From positions 224,001-288,000 of the forward strand of contig CAWDOD010000006.1 in the NCBI GenBank assembly GCA_963803805.1: a DNA stretch of 64,000 bases. Direction: 5' to 3'. A program made the position numbers and the translations under genes. The stretch comes from an uncultured cyanobacterium (lineage in GTDB: Bacteria; Cyanobacteriota; Cyanobacteriia; Cyanobacteriales; CAWCAG01). This document shows positions 11,105 to 20,561 of this stretch, piece by piece; the stretch's first letter is position 1; each line of letters opens with the position of its first letter. Below the pieces are notes generated by a model. The model was not told the DNA's origin. It ran no database searches and was given only the letters and a program-made list of their open reading frames with translations.

Positions 11105-11674
11105 ATGAAAATTGACGAAATCACCTCTGCATTGAAAGAAGTTTTTCCTACAGCAACTCTAAAACATGAAAGCGAAGATTCTTGGCAAGTTGAGCCTGAA
11201 AACTTAAGATTACTCGTCCTGCTTACTGAAGATGGTTCTGAGTTACGTTTATTAATACCTATTGTTCCCCAACCAGAGGCTCAACCATACTTAGAGCAGC
11301 TTTTAGCTAGGAATTTTGAGCAAACTAAGCAAGGTCGCTATGCTCTAGAAAGAGGAGTATTATGGGGAGTATATAACCACAATCTCAATAGTTTAACTAA
11401 AGAAGATTTTCAAGAGGCGATCGCAACTATAGTTGATTTAAAAAATCAAGGTTTAGGGGAGCCATTTAATCAAATGATTGAACAGCGTCTCAAGCAAATC
11501 ATCCAAGCAGCTAAGTTGCAAGGACAATCTTTAGAGGCTACCTTACAAACTATAGAGCGTTTTTATCAGGAAGGAATGCTCGGTGGTTTAGACCAAAGTT
11601 CTGAGGAAAGAGAACGGTTTATCAACGCTTGGCAACAACAGCTAAAACGTCTGTGGCCAGAAGTTAAACCTTAA
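11105..11674 (+). CDS. Conserved protein with T3SS-chaperone/YbjN-like fold
   Basis: LEQLLARNF...RYAL..GVLWG; C-terminal TIERFYQEGMLGGL. Confidence 0.55.
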   Translation: MKIDEITSALKEVFPTATLKHESEDSWQVEPENLRLLVLLTEDGSELRLLIPIVPQPEAQPYLEQLLARNFEQTKQGRYALERGVLWGVYNHNLNSLTKEDFQEAIATIVDLKNQGLGEPFNQMIEQRLKQIIQAAKLQGQSLEATLQTIERFYQEGMLGGLDQSSEERERFINAWQQQLKRLWPEVKP

Positions 11675-11723
11675 ATTGTTGAGCAATTCTATAATCATTT
11701 TCCTAATTCCTACGAGCTAAGTA

Positions 11724-13184
11724 ATGCTCCTTACAGACGATTTGTTGTTGAATTATAAACGTTGTCGCCGCCGTCCTTTTTTAGATATTCACGGAGATTT
11801 TTCTCAAAGGGAGCCAAAACGGGATTTTGTTTTTAAGCTACAACAGCAGAGTAAAATTCATATCGCCAATGTTCTAGAAGAAAAGATTTACCAAAAACCT
11901 GATGCTCCTTACAAAGATTGGCAAGCCCTAGCTAACCAGACTCTTTTATTTATGCAGTTAGGGGTTGAACGCATTAATAGGGGGATTTTGCTGTTATCAG
12001 AATTTTCTGATTGGGGATTAAAAGAGCAACTTGATTTGCATCAGGTAACTTTGGTAGGTTTTCCTAGCCTTTTGGTAAAACAGCCAGGAAAGTCTCGATT
12101 TGGTGATTGGCACTATGCCCCTATTAATATTAAACTTGGTCGCAAAGCCAAACCGGAATATAAATTAATTAGTGCTTTTCACAGCCAATTATTAGCTAGC
12201 ATCCAAGACAGATTGCCAGAAAATGGGCAAATTATTTTAAAAGAACAAAACACTTCTAACCTTAACCCAGAAATTTGGTTGCCAAAACTAAAATCCACCT
12301 TAGAAGAATGTTTAGAAATGTTGCAATCATATCAAGAACCAGAGGTATTTATTTCTCGCCAACGCTGTAGTCTTTGTCACTGGTATAGTCACTGCCATCA
12401 AGTTGCCGAAAATACTGCTCATCTTTCTCTTGTACCTGGAGTTACTCCTAATCGTTATGAATATTTGCAAACAGTTGGTATAACAACTCCAGAAGCTTTA
12501 GCTAATATTACCCCAGAAGAACATCAAGAGTCTTTAGGGCGGGAAATAGCCTTTTCCTTGCAACAACAAGCTCAAGCTATTTGGGAAAATAAAGCAATTG
12601 TTAAACCTACTGATTTATCCAGTAGCAATCTTACTATTCCGACTAACTCTGTAGAGTTATATTTTGATCTTGAAGCAGAACCAGAACGTAATATTGATTA
12701 TCTCTTTGGTGTACTCTTAGTTGATCGTACCAATAATATTGAGCAATTTTACCCATTTCTAGCTGAAAAAGTGGCTGATGAAGGTTTGATTTGGCAGCAA
12801 TTTTTAGACTTAGTTAAGCTTTACCCTCAAGCCCCTATTTTTCACTTCTCCGAGTATGAAGTTGATGCAGTAAGGCGCGTGGCTAATCTCTACAAGACTC
12901 CCGCAACCATCGTCGAACCTTTACTTTCCCGTTTTGTAGATCTTCACCATGTAGTCACAAAATCTGTGGTTTTACCTATAGAAAGCTATTCTTTAAAATC
13001 TATTGCTAATTGGTTAGGCTTTCAGTGGCGTGATCGTCAAGCAAGAGGAGATCAATCTGTTTGCTGGTATGACTGGTGGTTAGAAAGTAAAAATAGGTCT
13101 TGGTTAGAAACAATTTTGCGCTATAACGAAGATGATTGCCGTGCAACTATGCACCTAAAAAACTGGCTGGTTGACTTCCTTTAA
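11724..13184 (+). CDS. TM0106-family RecB-like putative nuclease (C-terminal RNase H-like domain)
   Basis: YKRCRRRPFL, CSLCHWYSHC, YFDLEAEP, SYSLKSIA and YNEDDCRAT. Confidence 0.88.
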   Translation: MLLTDDLLLNYKRCRRRPFLDIHGDFSQREPKRDFVFKLQQQSKIHIANVLEEKIYQKPDAPYKDWQALANQTLLFMQLGVERINRGILLLSEFSDWGLKEQLDLHQVTLVGFPSLLVKQPGKSRFGDWHYAPINIKLGRKAKPEYKLISAFHSQLLASIQDRLPENGQIILKEQNTSNLNPEIWLPKLKSTLEECLEMLQSYQEPEVFISRQRCSLCHWYSHCHQVAENTAHLSLVPGVTPNRYEYLQTVGITTPEALANITPEEHQESLGREIAFSLQQQAQAIWENKAIVKPTDLSSSNLTIPTNSVELYFDLEAEPERNIDYLFGVLLVDRTNNIEQFYPFLAEKVADEGLIWQQFLDLVKLYPQAPIFHFSEYEVDAVRRVANLYKTPATIVEPLLSRFVDLHHVVTKSVVLPIESYSLKSIANWLGFQWRDRQARGDQSVCWYDWWLESKNRSWLETILRYNEDDCRATMHLKNWLVDFL

Positions 13185-13391
13185 AAAGAACAATGTTTAA
13201 TGTTTAATCATAAACAGTAGTAGATACTATAAAGTTGTGCAAAGTTTCTTTAAATTACTGAGTTTTGCTAAGTAATTCATGGTTGTTCCTAAGTAAATAA
13301 TGCTAAATTAAAGTTATGAAGCGTACAAGTATAAATATAATTTCAGGCGCTTTCTTTGCTTTCCATACCAACCAACCAAAAGGTGATTGAT

Positions 13392-13610
13392 ATGATACCC
13401 CCAATAACTCCTATTTTCTTGATACTGACTGCTCTGGGGAGTATTCTTTGGTATCAGCGCACTCCTCACGAAATTTATCGCGTTCTGGCCACTGTATTAG
13501 TAGTAGTTTGCTTAATTTGGGGTTTTGCGATCGCTCATTGGTCAATTCAACTATTAGGTCTATTTCTACTGTTTAAATTTAATTGGCTTTCCACAAAATT
13601 GGGCATTTAA
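13392..13610 (+). CDS. Small membrane protein (hypothetical)
   Basis: Hydrophobic ORF; ATG 13392 after AAGGTG preferred over TTG 13356. Confidence 0.6.
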   Translation: MIPPITPIFLILTALGSILWYQRTPHEIYRVLATVLVVVCLIWGFAIAHWSIQLLGLFLLFKFNWLSTKLGI

Positions 13611-13780
13611 AGTCACTCAAGACTGCAAGCTTTTCTAAAAAAGAGTAGCGACTGGTTTATAATCTAGGCTAACTTTGGATGTGCGCGCATATCCTTCGAC
13701 TCATTAATTAAGTTGTGATCACCTTAAACTATACTTAAATTGATGACTTGCCTAGCTTATAATCCCAGGAGGAATCGCCC

Positions 13781-15040
13781 TTGTCTCGCCGCTACTTATT
13801 CACTTCTGAGTCAGTTACAGAAGGTCATCCTGATAAAATCTGTGATCAAATCTCTGATGCTATCTTAGATGCTCTGCTTACTCAGGATGAAGCCAGTCGC
13901 GTTGCTGCTGAAGTTGTAGTTAACACTGGTTTAGTACTAATTACTGGAGAAATCTCCTCCCAAGCCAGGGTTAATTATGTCAATATAGCTCGGCAAAAAA
14001 TTGCGGAAATTGGCTACACAGACGCTAAAAACTGCTTTTCTGCCGATAGTTGTTCTGTATTAGTTGCCTTAGATGAACAGTCTCCAGATATTGCTCAAGG
14101 TGTCACCACAGCCCAAGAACAACGCCAAGCAATGAGTAATGATGAACTCGATCAAATTGGTGCTGGAGATCAGGGTTTAATGTTTGGTTTTGCTTGTGAC
14201 GAAACCCCGGAGTTAATGCCTTTGCCCATTAGTTTGGCACACCATATTTCTCGACGTTTAGCAACAGTACGCAAAGCCGGAAAATTACCTTACCTAGGGC
14301 CAGATGGTAAAACTCAAGTGAGTGTGATTTACGAAGATGGCAAACCTGTGGGTATTGATACTATCTTAATTTCCACTCAACATTCAGAAACCATTGGGGA
14401 AATCAGTGATGGTGCTGCGGTACAGAAGAAAATCAAAACTGATTTGTGGGAAGCCGTAGTACAGCCAGTTTTTGCGGAGTTAGAAATCAAACCAGATCAA
14501 GGAACCCGTTTCTTAGTTAATCCTACCGGAAAATTTGTTATTGGTGGTCCTCAAGGGGACTCTGGTTTAACAGGAAGAAAAATTATTGTTGATACCTATG
14601 GTGGCTATTCTCGCCATGGTGGGGGAGCTTTTTCGGGTAAAGATCCTACTAAAGTGGATCGTTCTGCTGCCTATGCCGCGCGGTATGTTGCCAAGAATGT
14701 TGTGGCTGCGGGGTTAGCCCAGAAGTGTGAAGTTCAGCTTAGTTATGCCATTGGTGTTGCCCGTCCGGTTAGTATTTTAGTCGAAACTTTTGGTACAGGG
14801 AAAGTAGAAGAAGAAGTACTTTTAGATTTAGTTCAGAAGCATTTTGAATTACGTCCAGCAGGGATTATTCAAGCTTTTAATCTACGTCGCTTACCCGCAG
14901 AAAGAGGTGGCCATTTCTACCAAGATATAGCAGCTTATGGGCATTTAGGTCGGGAAGATCTAGATTTGCCTTGGGAACGCACAGATAAAGCTGAGGTGTT
15001 GAAAAAAGCTTTAGTTCAAACCACAGCAGTGGGAGTTTAG
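13781..15040 (+). CDS. metK: S-adenosylmethionine synthetase
   Basis: [19 protein letters not shown] and [16 protein letters not shown]. Confidence 0.98.
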   Translation: MSRRYLFTSESVTEGHPDKICDQISDAILDALLTQDEASRVAAEVVVNTGLVLITGEISSQARVNYVNIARQKIAEIGYTDAKNCFSADSCSVLVALDEQSPDIAQGVTTAQEQRQAMSNDELDQIGAGDQGLMFGFACDETPELMPLPISLAHHISRRLATVRKAGKLPYLGPDGKTQVSVIYEDGKPVGIDTILISTQHSETIGEISDGAAVQKKIKTDLWEAVVQPVFAELEIKPDQGTRFLVNPTGKFVIGGPQGDSGLTGRKIIVDTYGGYSRHGGGAFSGKDPTKVDRSAAYAARYVAKNVVAAGLAQKCEVQLSYAIGVARPVSILVETFGTGKVEEEVLLDLVQKHFELRPAGIIQAFNLRRLPAERGGHFYQDIAAYGHLGREDLDLPWERTDKAEVLKKALVQTTAVGV

Positions 15041-15143
15041 AAGAAGTAATAAGTAATGGGTGATGGGTAATGGGTAAGCTGTTACAAGCTTAAACAGCTT
15101 ATTATGGCATTAGTTAAACAAACGGTTACTCTTGCCTGCTCCC

Positions 15144-15764
15144 TTAACTTTTCTTGGCTATTCCTTTGTAGGTATAACCTGCAATTTCCGGAGAACTTTT
15201 TTCGAGAAATTCTTCTACTTGAACTGCATCAAAATGATTTTCTACTAACAGCTTAATGTTACGGTTGAGATTACAGCCATCGCCAACAATTTTTTGTAGG
15301 GGATTCAGGCGATTTTGCCAGACTTGGACTTGGGGTTGATTACTTAATCCGTGTTCAATGAAGAAGAACCTTCCCCCTGGTTTCAAGACGCGATAAATTT
15401 CTTTTAAAGCCTTGTCTATATTAACGATGCTGCATAATGTCCAAGTACTGACAATACTATCGAAAGTATTATTTTCCATGGGCAAAGATTCACCATTAAG
15501 AACATAATGTTCCACTTTTAAAGGGGAAGCTTGGATGCGTTTTCGGGCTAATTTGTTCATGCCAGAGTTGGCATCAATAGTAGTTATTTTTTCTACCTTA
15601 TCGGAATAATAAGGAAGATTTAAACCAGTTCCAAAGCCAATTTCTAAAACTTTCCCTTGTACATCAGCTAAAAGTTCCTGGCGGTATGTTGCTAATTCTT
15701 GACCAGACATAACCACATCTAATAAGCGAGGAAAAATTACTTTTGAATATAAACCCATAATCAA
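15144..15764 (-). CDS. Class I SAM-dependent methyltransferase
   Basis: VLEIGFGTG and EIYRVLKPGG. Confidence 0.88.
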   Translation of the reverse strand: MIMGLYSKVIFPRLLDVVMSGQELATYRQELLADVQGKVLEIGFGTGLNLPYYSDKVEKITTIDANSGMNKLARKRIQASPLKVEHYVLNGESLPMENNTFDSIVSTWTLCSIVNIDKALKEIYRVLKPGGRFFFIEHGLSNQPQVQVWQNRLNPLQKIVGDGCNLNRNIKLLVENHFDAVQVEEFLEKSSPEIAGYTYKGIAKKS

Positions 15765-15771
15765 TTATTAA

Positions 15772-16239
15772 TTACTTACCCAACTTTCCTCTCACTAAAT
15801 CCTGAATCTTCTTGCCATCAGCTTTTCCCTTAACCTGGGGCATAATCTTACCCATGACTTTACCCATATCTTTAGGAGAGGTTGCTTTAACCTCAGCGAT
15901 CGCACCATCAATAATTGTGGTTAATTCTGCTTCAGAAAGTTGCTGAGGTAAATAAGTTTCAATAATGGCCAATTCTTGGGCTTCAACCTCAGCAAGATCC
16001 TCTCTTCCTCCTTGGGTATACTGCTCAATAGAATCCCGACGTTGTTTGGCTTGTTGCGCCAAAAGTTCTAATTCCTGGGTTTCGTTAAGACTATCTTGCC
16101 CTTGAGGACGTAAGCTAACTTCTTTATCCAATAAAGCTTTTTTGATACTGCGAACCGTTTGTAAACGAATTTTATCCTTCGCTTTCATCGCAGTTTTGAT
16201 ATCTTCACCAATACGATCTTTCAAACTCATAACAGCCAA
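15772..16239 (-). CDS. GatB/YqeY domain protein
   Basis: KTAMKAKDK, KQRRDSIEQY, YLPQQLS and KDMGKVMG. Confidence 0.92.
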   Translation of the reverse strand: MAVMSLKDRIGEDIKTAMKAKDKIRLQTVRSIKKALLDKEVSLRPQGQDSLNETQELELLAQQAKQRRDSIEQYTQGGREDLAEVEAQELAIIETYLPQQLSEAELTTIIDGAIAEVKATSPKDMGKVMGKIMPQVKGKADGKKIQDLVRGKLGK

Positions 16240-16360
16240 ATATCCCTTTATTATTCACTCTCGTAAATCCTAGCTTAATTGACAACTGACTCATCAATCA
16301 TTGATCATTGTATGGCTTGCCGTTGCCGCAGGCATTATTGATAACTGACTAACTGAAAAA

Positions 16361-17287
16361 ATGCGTATTCTCATCATGGGTGGAACCCGGTTTATCGGAG
16401 TCTACTTAACAAAAATTTTAGTAGAACAGGGTCACGAGGTGGTTTTATTTAACCGGGGGAATAAACCTGCACCCACCGAAGGAATACAACAAATTCATGG
16501 CGATCGCCAAGATTCTCAGCAGTTAAAAGATAAATTAGCCGGGGAAAGTTTCGATGCTATTTTTGATAATAATGGTCGAGAATTGAGTGATACTCAACCT
16601 TTAGTCGAGTTATTCAAAGACAAAGTTAAGCATTTTGTTTATGTAAGTTCAGCCGGAGTTTATCAAAAATCTGACCAGATGCCCCATATAGAAGGGGATG
16701 CTGTTGATCCTAATAGTCGCCACAAAGGGAAACATCACACCGAAGCTTATTTAAAAGAAGCTGGCATACCTTGGACTTCTATTCGCCCAGTTTATATTTA
16801 TGGGCCAGAAAATTATAACCCCGTAGAAAGTTGGTTTTTCCATCGCCTGGTTCGAGATCGCCCCATACCGATTCCTGGTAACGGTATGCACATTACCCAA
16901 TTAGGTCATGTGGCAGATTTAGCTAATGCCATGGCTTCTGTATTAGGAAACGAAAAAGCTATTGGTCAAATTTATAATATCTCCGGCGATCGCTATATTA
17001 CCTTTGATGGTTTAGCTAAAAGTTGTGCTGAAGCTATGGGCAAATCTCCAGAAGAGATTAAATTAGTTCATTACAACCCCAAAGATTTTGATTTCGGCAA
17101 GCGCAAAGCTTTCCCCCTAAGATTGCAACATTTTTTCACTGCAATTGATAAAGCGAAAACAGAGTTATCTTGGCAACCAGAGTTCGATTTACTTTCTGGC
17201 TTAAAAGACTCTTTTCGCAACGACTTCCAAGCCAACAACCAAGCCCAAGCAGAAGTAGACTTTTCTACTGATGACGAGATAGTGTAG
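16361..17287 (+). CDS. NAD-dependent epimerase/dehydratase family (CSP41b-like RNA-binding protein)
   Basis: GGTRFIG, SSAGVY, SRHKGK and DFGKRKAFP. Confidence 0.88.
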   Translation: MRILIMGGTRFIGVYLTKILVEQGHEVVLFNRGNKPAPTEGIQQIHGDRQDSQQLKDKLAGESFDAIFDNNGRELSDTQPLVELFKDKVKHFVYVSSAGVYQKSDQMPHIEGDAVDPNSRHKGKHHTEAYLKEAGIPWTSIRPVYIYGPENYNPVESWFFHRLVRDRPIPIPGNGMHITQLGHVADLANAMASVLGNEKAIGQIYNISGDRYITFDGLAKSCAEAMGKSPEEIKLVHYNPKDFDFGKRKAFPLRLQHFFTAIDKAKTELSWQPEFDLLSGLKDSFRNDFQANNQAQAEVDFSTDDEIV

Positions 17288-17354
17288 CCGTTATTATTAA
17301 TAAGCACCAGAGAAAACCTCTCAAATAATCACTGATAATTGATATCATTGAGTT

Positions 17355-18017
17355 ATGTTTACTCAATTCCGTACTCGCTATCCCCAAGGCAGCCTGATCA
17401 GTGAATTTGTCACTGTTGATCGGGGACAGTATATAGTAAGAGCTTTAATTCAAGATAAAGGTATCACTTTAGCTAGCGGCTTAGCTGCTGCTGAAACCAT
17501 AGAAAAAGCTGAAGATCAAGCCAGAGAAAGGGCTTTTACTGCCCTTGGTATTAGCTTTGCTCCTTCAACTTCAACAAGCAACTTTGAGCCTAACCAACAA
17601 ATTCCTGTAAGCCAGCCCCAAACCAACTTCTCAGCCCCAACTCCAACTCCCACCAAGGCAGCGAAAGTTGAGAATTTTGCTTTTCATAATACCAACTCCC
17701 AATCGACAATCCCTGAACCAATTAGTTCAGAACCAATTCTGGAAACTCCTGATTTTTCTGTAGCAACCGAAACATTACCAGAAAAAGAAAGTTTACCTCC
17801 AACCCCTCTACCTCAAGAAGTAGTTACCAAACCAGTAGCCCTCAACCCTGTTGATATGTCAGATGTGATTATTCAAACTGACATTGAAATGAAACGTTTA
17901 GGTTGGGGAAAAAAGGAAGGAGTAGATCATTTACTACAAACCTACGGTAAGCGAACTCGAACTTCTTTAACAGATCAAGAATTGAAAGAGTTTCTGCAAT
18001 ATTTACAATCTCAATAA
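17355..18017 (+). CDS. Conserved cyanobacterial hypothetical protein (two small domains, Pro/Thr-rich linker)
   Basis: QFRTRYPQGSLISE...AEDQARERA; C-terminal EMKRLGW...TYGKRTR. Confidence 0.75.
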   Translation: MFTQFRTRYPQGSLISEFVTVDRGQYIVRALIQDKGITLASGLAAAETIEKAEDQARERAFTALGISFAPSTSTSNFEPNQQIPVSQPQTNFSAPTPTPTKAAKVENFAFHNTNSQSTIPEPISSEPILETPDFSVATETLPEKESLPPTPLPQEVVTKPVALNPVDMSDVIIQTDIEMKRLGWGKKEGVDHLLQTYGKRTRTSLTDQELKEFLQYLQSQ

Positions 18018-18319
18018 GGCTTATGCCGTTAAACTTTGAAGTCAACAGTTTTAGCTATCGGAAACAGGGAACAGCCAGCAGAAAAGAGCTACAGCTATTT
18101 TACTTCTTCAGTAACACCTTCTAAAAAACCAATCAATCCTTTTCCCCAAGGATTTTCTTGTGCAAAGTGTTCACCAATTTTTAATGCTACAGTTTTAACA
18201 GCAAAGTTCACTAACACAGGGCAAATCTCTATCTCAATTGCAAATAAATCCTTGAATTTGTCCACAATTCTTTCTTCACAAGCTACCTTAAAAGAAAAGT
18301 GTTAGGAGACTAAAGCTTA

Positions 18320-18415
18320 ATGACTGGTACTGAATTATCGATGTTAGGATTACTTCTTTTCCCTGGTTTATTGCTATCGATACTGGTTATGTTCACCTTT
18401 TCTAAAGGAGGATGA
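18320..18415 (+). CDS. 31-aa single-pass membrane micro-protein (MTGTELSMLGLLLFPGLLLSILVMFTFSKGG)
   Basis: Not in the ORF track; AGGAG at 18304-18308, ATG 18320, TGA 18413-18415, one hydrophobic helix. Confidence 0.65.
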   Translation: MTGTELSMLGLLLFPGLLLSILVMFTFSKGG

Positions 18416-18457
18416 GGCTTTAAGCTAAATAGGGCAGGGTTGCATCTTTATTAGGTT

Positions 18458-20239
18458 ATGGCTAAGAAAAAATTTAGGCACTTTCTCTTGCCGACTTTTG
18501 GTGCGGCTATTTTACTTGGTGGTGGCACAGCAATTTATTGGTTACTGGTGCGGCCATATTTTTTTGCAGCGCAAAAGCTTACGGGGGCAGAGTTAGTCCC
18601 CCAAGAAGTTATTTTTGCTGCCTCAATTTCCACAGATGAGGAACAATGGCAGCAATTACAACAGTTGGGAACCCCAGAAAGTCAACAGGTGATTAAGAAG
18701 CATTTTGGGGATCTTAAAAATACTTTCCTGCAATCCAATGGTTATAGCTATGAAACCCACATCCAACCTTGGGTAGGGCAAGAGATCACCATTGCCTATT
18801 TCGCAGCAACTCAATCTCCTTTAATTGTGCCGAATGCCCTTTCTTCAGAGAATTTGGGTAAGCCTATGGTGTTTATTTTACCTATGGAAAATCCAGTACA
18901 AGCAGGACAACTTTTGGATTCTCCTAACTCTGATACTGAAAGCAAAAAACTCCGCCGCACCTATAAAGGAGTGGAGATTGAAGAAATTCAAAATAGTCAA
19001 TCTCAAAAATACTCCCTGACTATTATCAAAAATTTTCTGGTTGTTGCTAATGATCCTCTAGTTATGGAAAAGGTGATTGATAGCTACCAACAAAAGACAT
19101 CTTTAGAAGCTGATTCTAGTTATCAAAAGGCTTTAAGGCAGTTGGGAAAAAAAGTTGATTTTGCTCGTTTTTATGGGCATTTCCCCGCAATATTTGAGAC
19201 GGCGGCTGCTAATTCTCTTTCTCCCCCTCCAGAATCTTCTAAGCAACATAGACAGGGAGTTACTGGTAGCTTAACTCTCACTTCAGAATCTCTGCATTGG
19301 CGAGGGATCATTTGGGGAAAACCGGGAGAATTTATGCAGCAAGTCAATTCTCCTGGAGATTATTTAACCCAATTGAGGGAAAAGAGTTTAGCTTCCCGCT
19401 TACCTAAACAGACTTTGTTTTTCTTCTCAGGTAATAATCTGCCTGCACAATGGCAAGGTTGGGGTAGTGAGGCAGATTTGTTACCCCTTTTACCTGTCGG
19501 TGCAAATACTATCTCTAATTTTATCAACGAAAATACCGGGATGAGTTGGCAAGAAGATTTCCTCCCTTGGTTAGGAAAGGATTTCGCTTTAGCATTGACT
19601 CCTATTTCTGAAGATAGCTTAATTAATTTTACTGATAGCGGGGCTGTAGAATTGGGGGCGGCTTTAGTTACTGTTGCTCAAATTGAGGATCGTTCCCGTG
19701 GTGAAGTAGCCCTAAAAAAGTTGGATGAAGCAATGGGTGAAAGATCTCAGTTTCAGGTTAAATCTGCTCAACAAGCAGGGCAATCTGTGGTTAATTGGCA
19801 ATCACCTTTAGGAGGTGTGGAAGCAGTACATGGCTTGCTACCACAAGATATATTTTTCTTTTCTTTAGGCGCTCCTATTAGTAATAAAATCTTACCAAAA
19901 CCTCAGCCTAATTTACTGTCGAATAAGTTTTTTCAGCAAGTAGTAAAAAAAGGGGTTGCCCCTGTTAATAGTGAGTTATTTTTTGATGTCGAAAACTTTC
20001 TGGCTCAAAAAGGAACTTTAGCTTTCCCAGAAGGGCAAAAGAATTTACTTGAAGCTATTCGTGCTTTTGGTGTCACAACAACGGTTGTAGATGCTCAAAA
20101 TACTCGCTTTGAAGCAATTTTCTTATTACAAAATATCTCTCCTAAACCTAATCTTCCTAATTCATCAGAAGAGGATTCTGAACCAAAAAGTTCTCCTTTT
20201 CTTGAGGGTTCTCCTGTTGATAACAATTCTCGAAAATGA
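18458..20239 (+). CDS. DUF3352-domain protein, N-terminally membrane-anchored
   Basis: N-terminal TM helix; WQQLQQLGTPESQ, IQPWVGQEITIA and DFLPWLGKDFALAL. Confidence 0.75.
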   Translation: MAKKKFRHFLLPTFGAAILLGGGTAIYWLLVRPYFFAAQKLTGAELVPQEVIFAASISTDEEQWQQLQQLGTPESQQVIKKHFGDLKNTFLQSNGYSYETHIQPWVGQEITIAYFAATQSPLIVPNALSSENLGKPMVFILPMENPVQAGQLLDSPNSDTESKKLRRTYKGVEIEEIQNSQSQKYSLTIIKNFLVVANDPLVMEKVIDSYQQKTSLEADSSYQKALRQLGKKVDFARFYGHFPAIFETAAANSLSPPPESSKQHRQGVTGSLTLTSESLHWRGIIWGKPGEFMQQVNSPGDYLTQLREKSLASRLPKQTLFFFSGNNLPAQWQGWGSEADLLPLLPVGANTISNFINENTGMSWQEDFLPWLGKDFALALTPISEDSLINFTDSGAVELGAALVTVAQIEDRSRGEVALKKLDEAMGERSQFQVKSAQQAGQSVVNWQSPLGGVEAVHGLLPQDIFFFSLGAPISNKILPKPQPNLLSNKFFQQVVKKGVAPVNSELFFDVENFLAQKGTLAFPEGQKNLLEAIRAFGVTTTVVDAQNTRFEAIFLLQNISPKPNLPNSSEEDSEPKSSPFLEGSPVDNNSRK

Positions 20240-20561
20240 TGACAGATTAATTCCTGTAGAAACTGGGTTACAAAAGTATATATTGATTAAGTAATATCAC
20301 CACCCCAGTTGAGCTGATTTGACTATTTGCGATCGCTCCCAGTTCAACTAAAAATTCTGCTAGCCCAAATTCTCCAGTCTGGTTAATTGTTGGCTATGAA
20401 AACTTTAGTTTTAGCTCTTAGTCATTTATACTTGATACGAAAATGATTCTACTTTTTAGGGACATCTTAAATTTATTCTAAGGGCGATTCTCCAAGGTCA
20501 ACCATTCTCCTTCAAAGAGGCTTTGCAAACGTGATCGCCCTTTAATTATCTCACTGTAGCT

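Noticed and set aside
18036-18305. 89-aa ORF
   Set aside because: TTG start, includes repeat-derived sequence and has no motifs; more likely the promoter region of the micro-protein gene.
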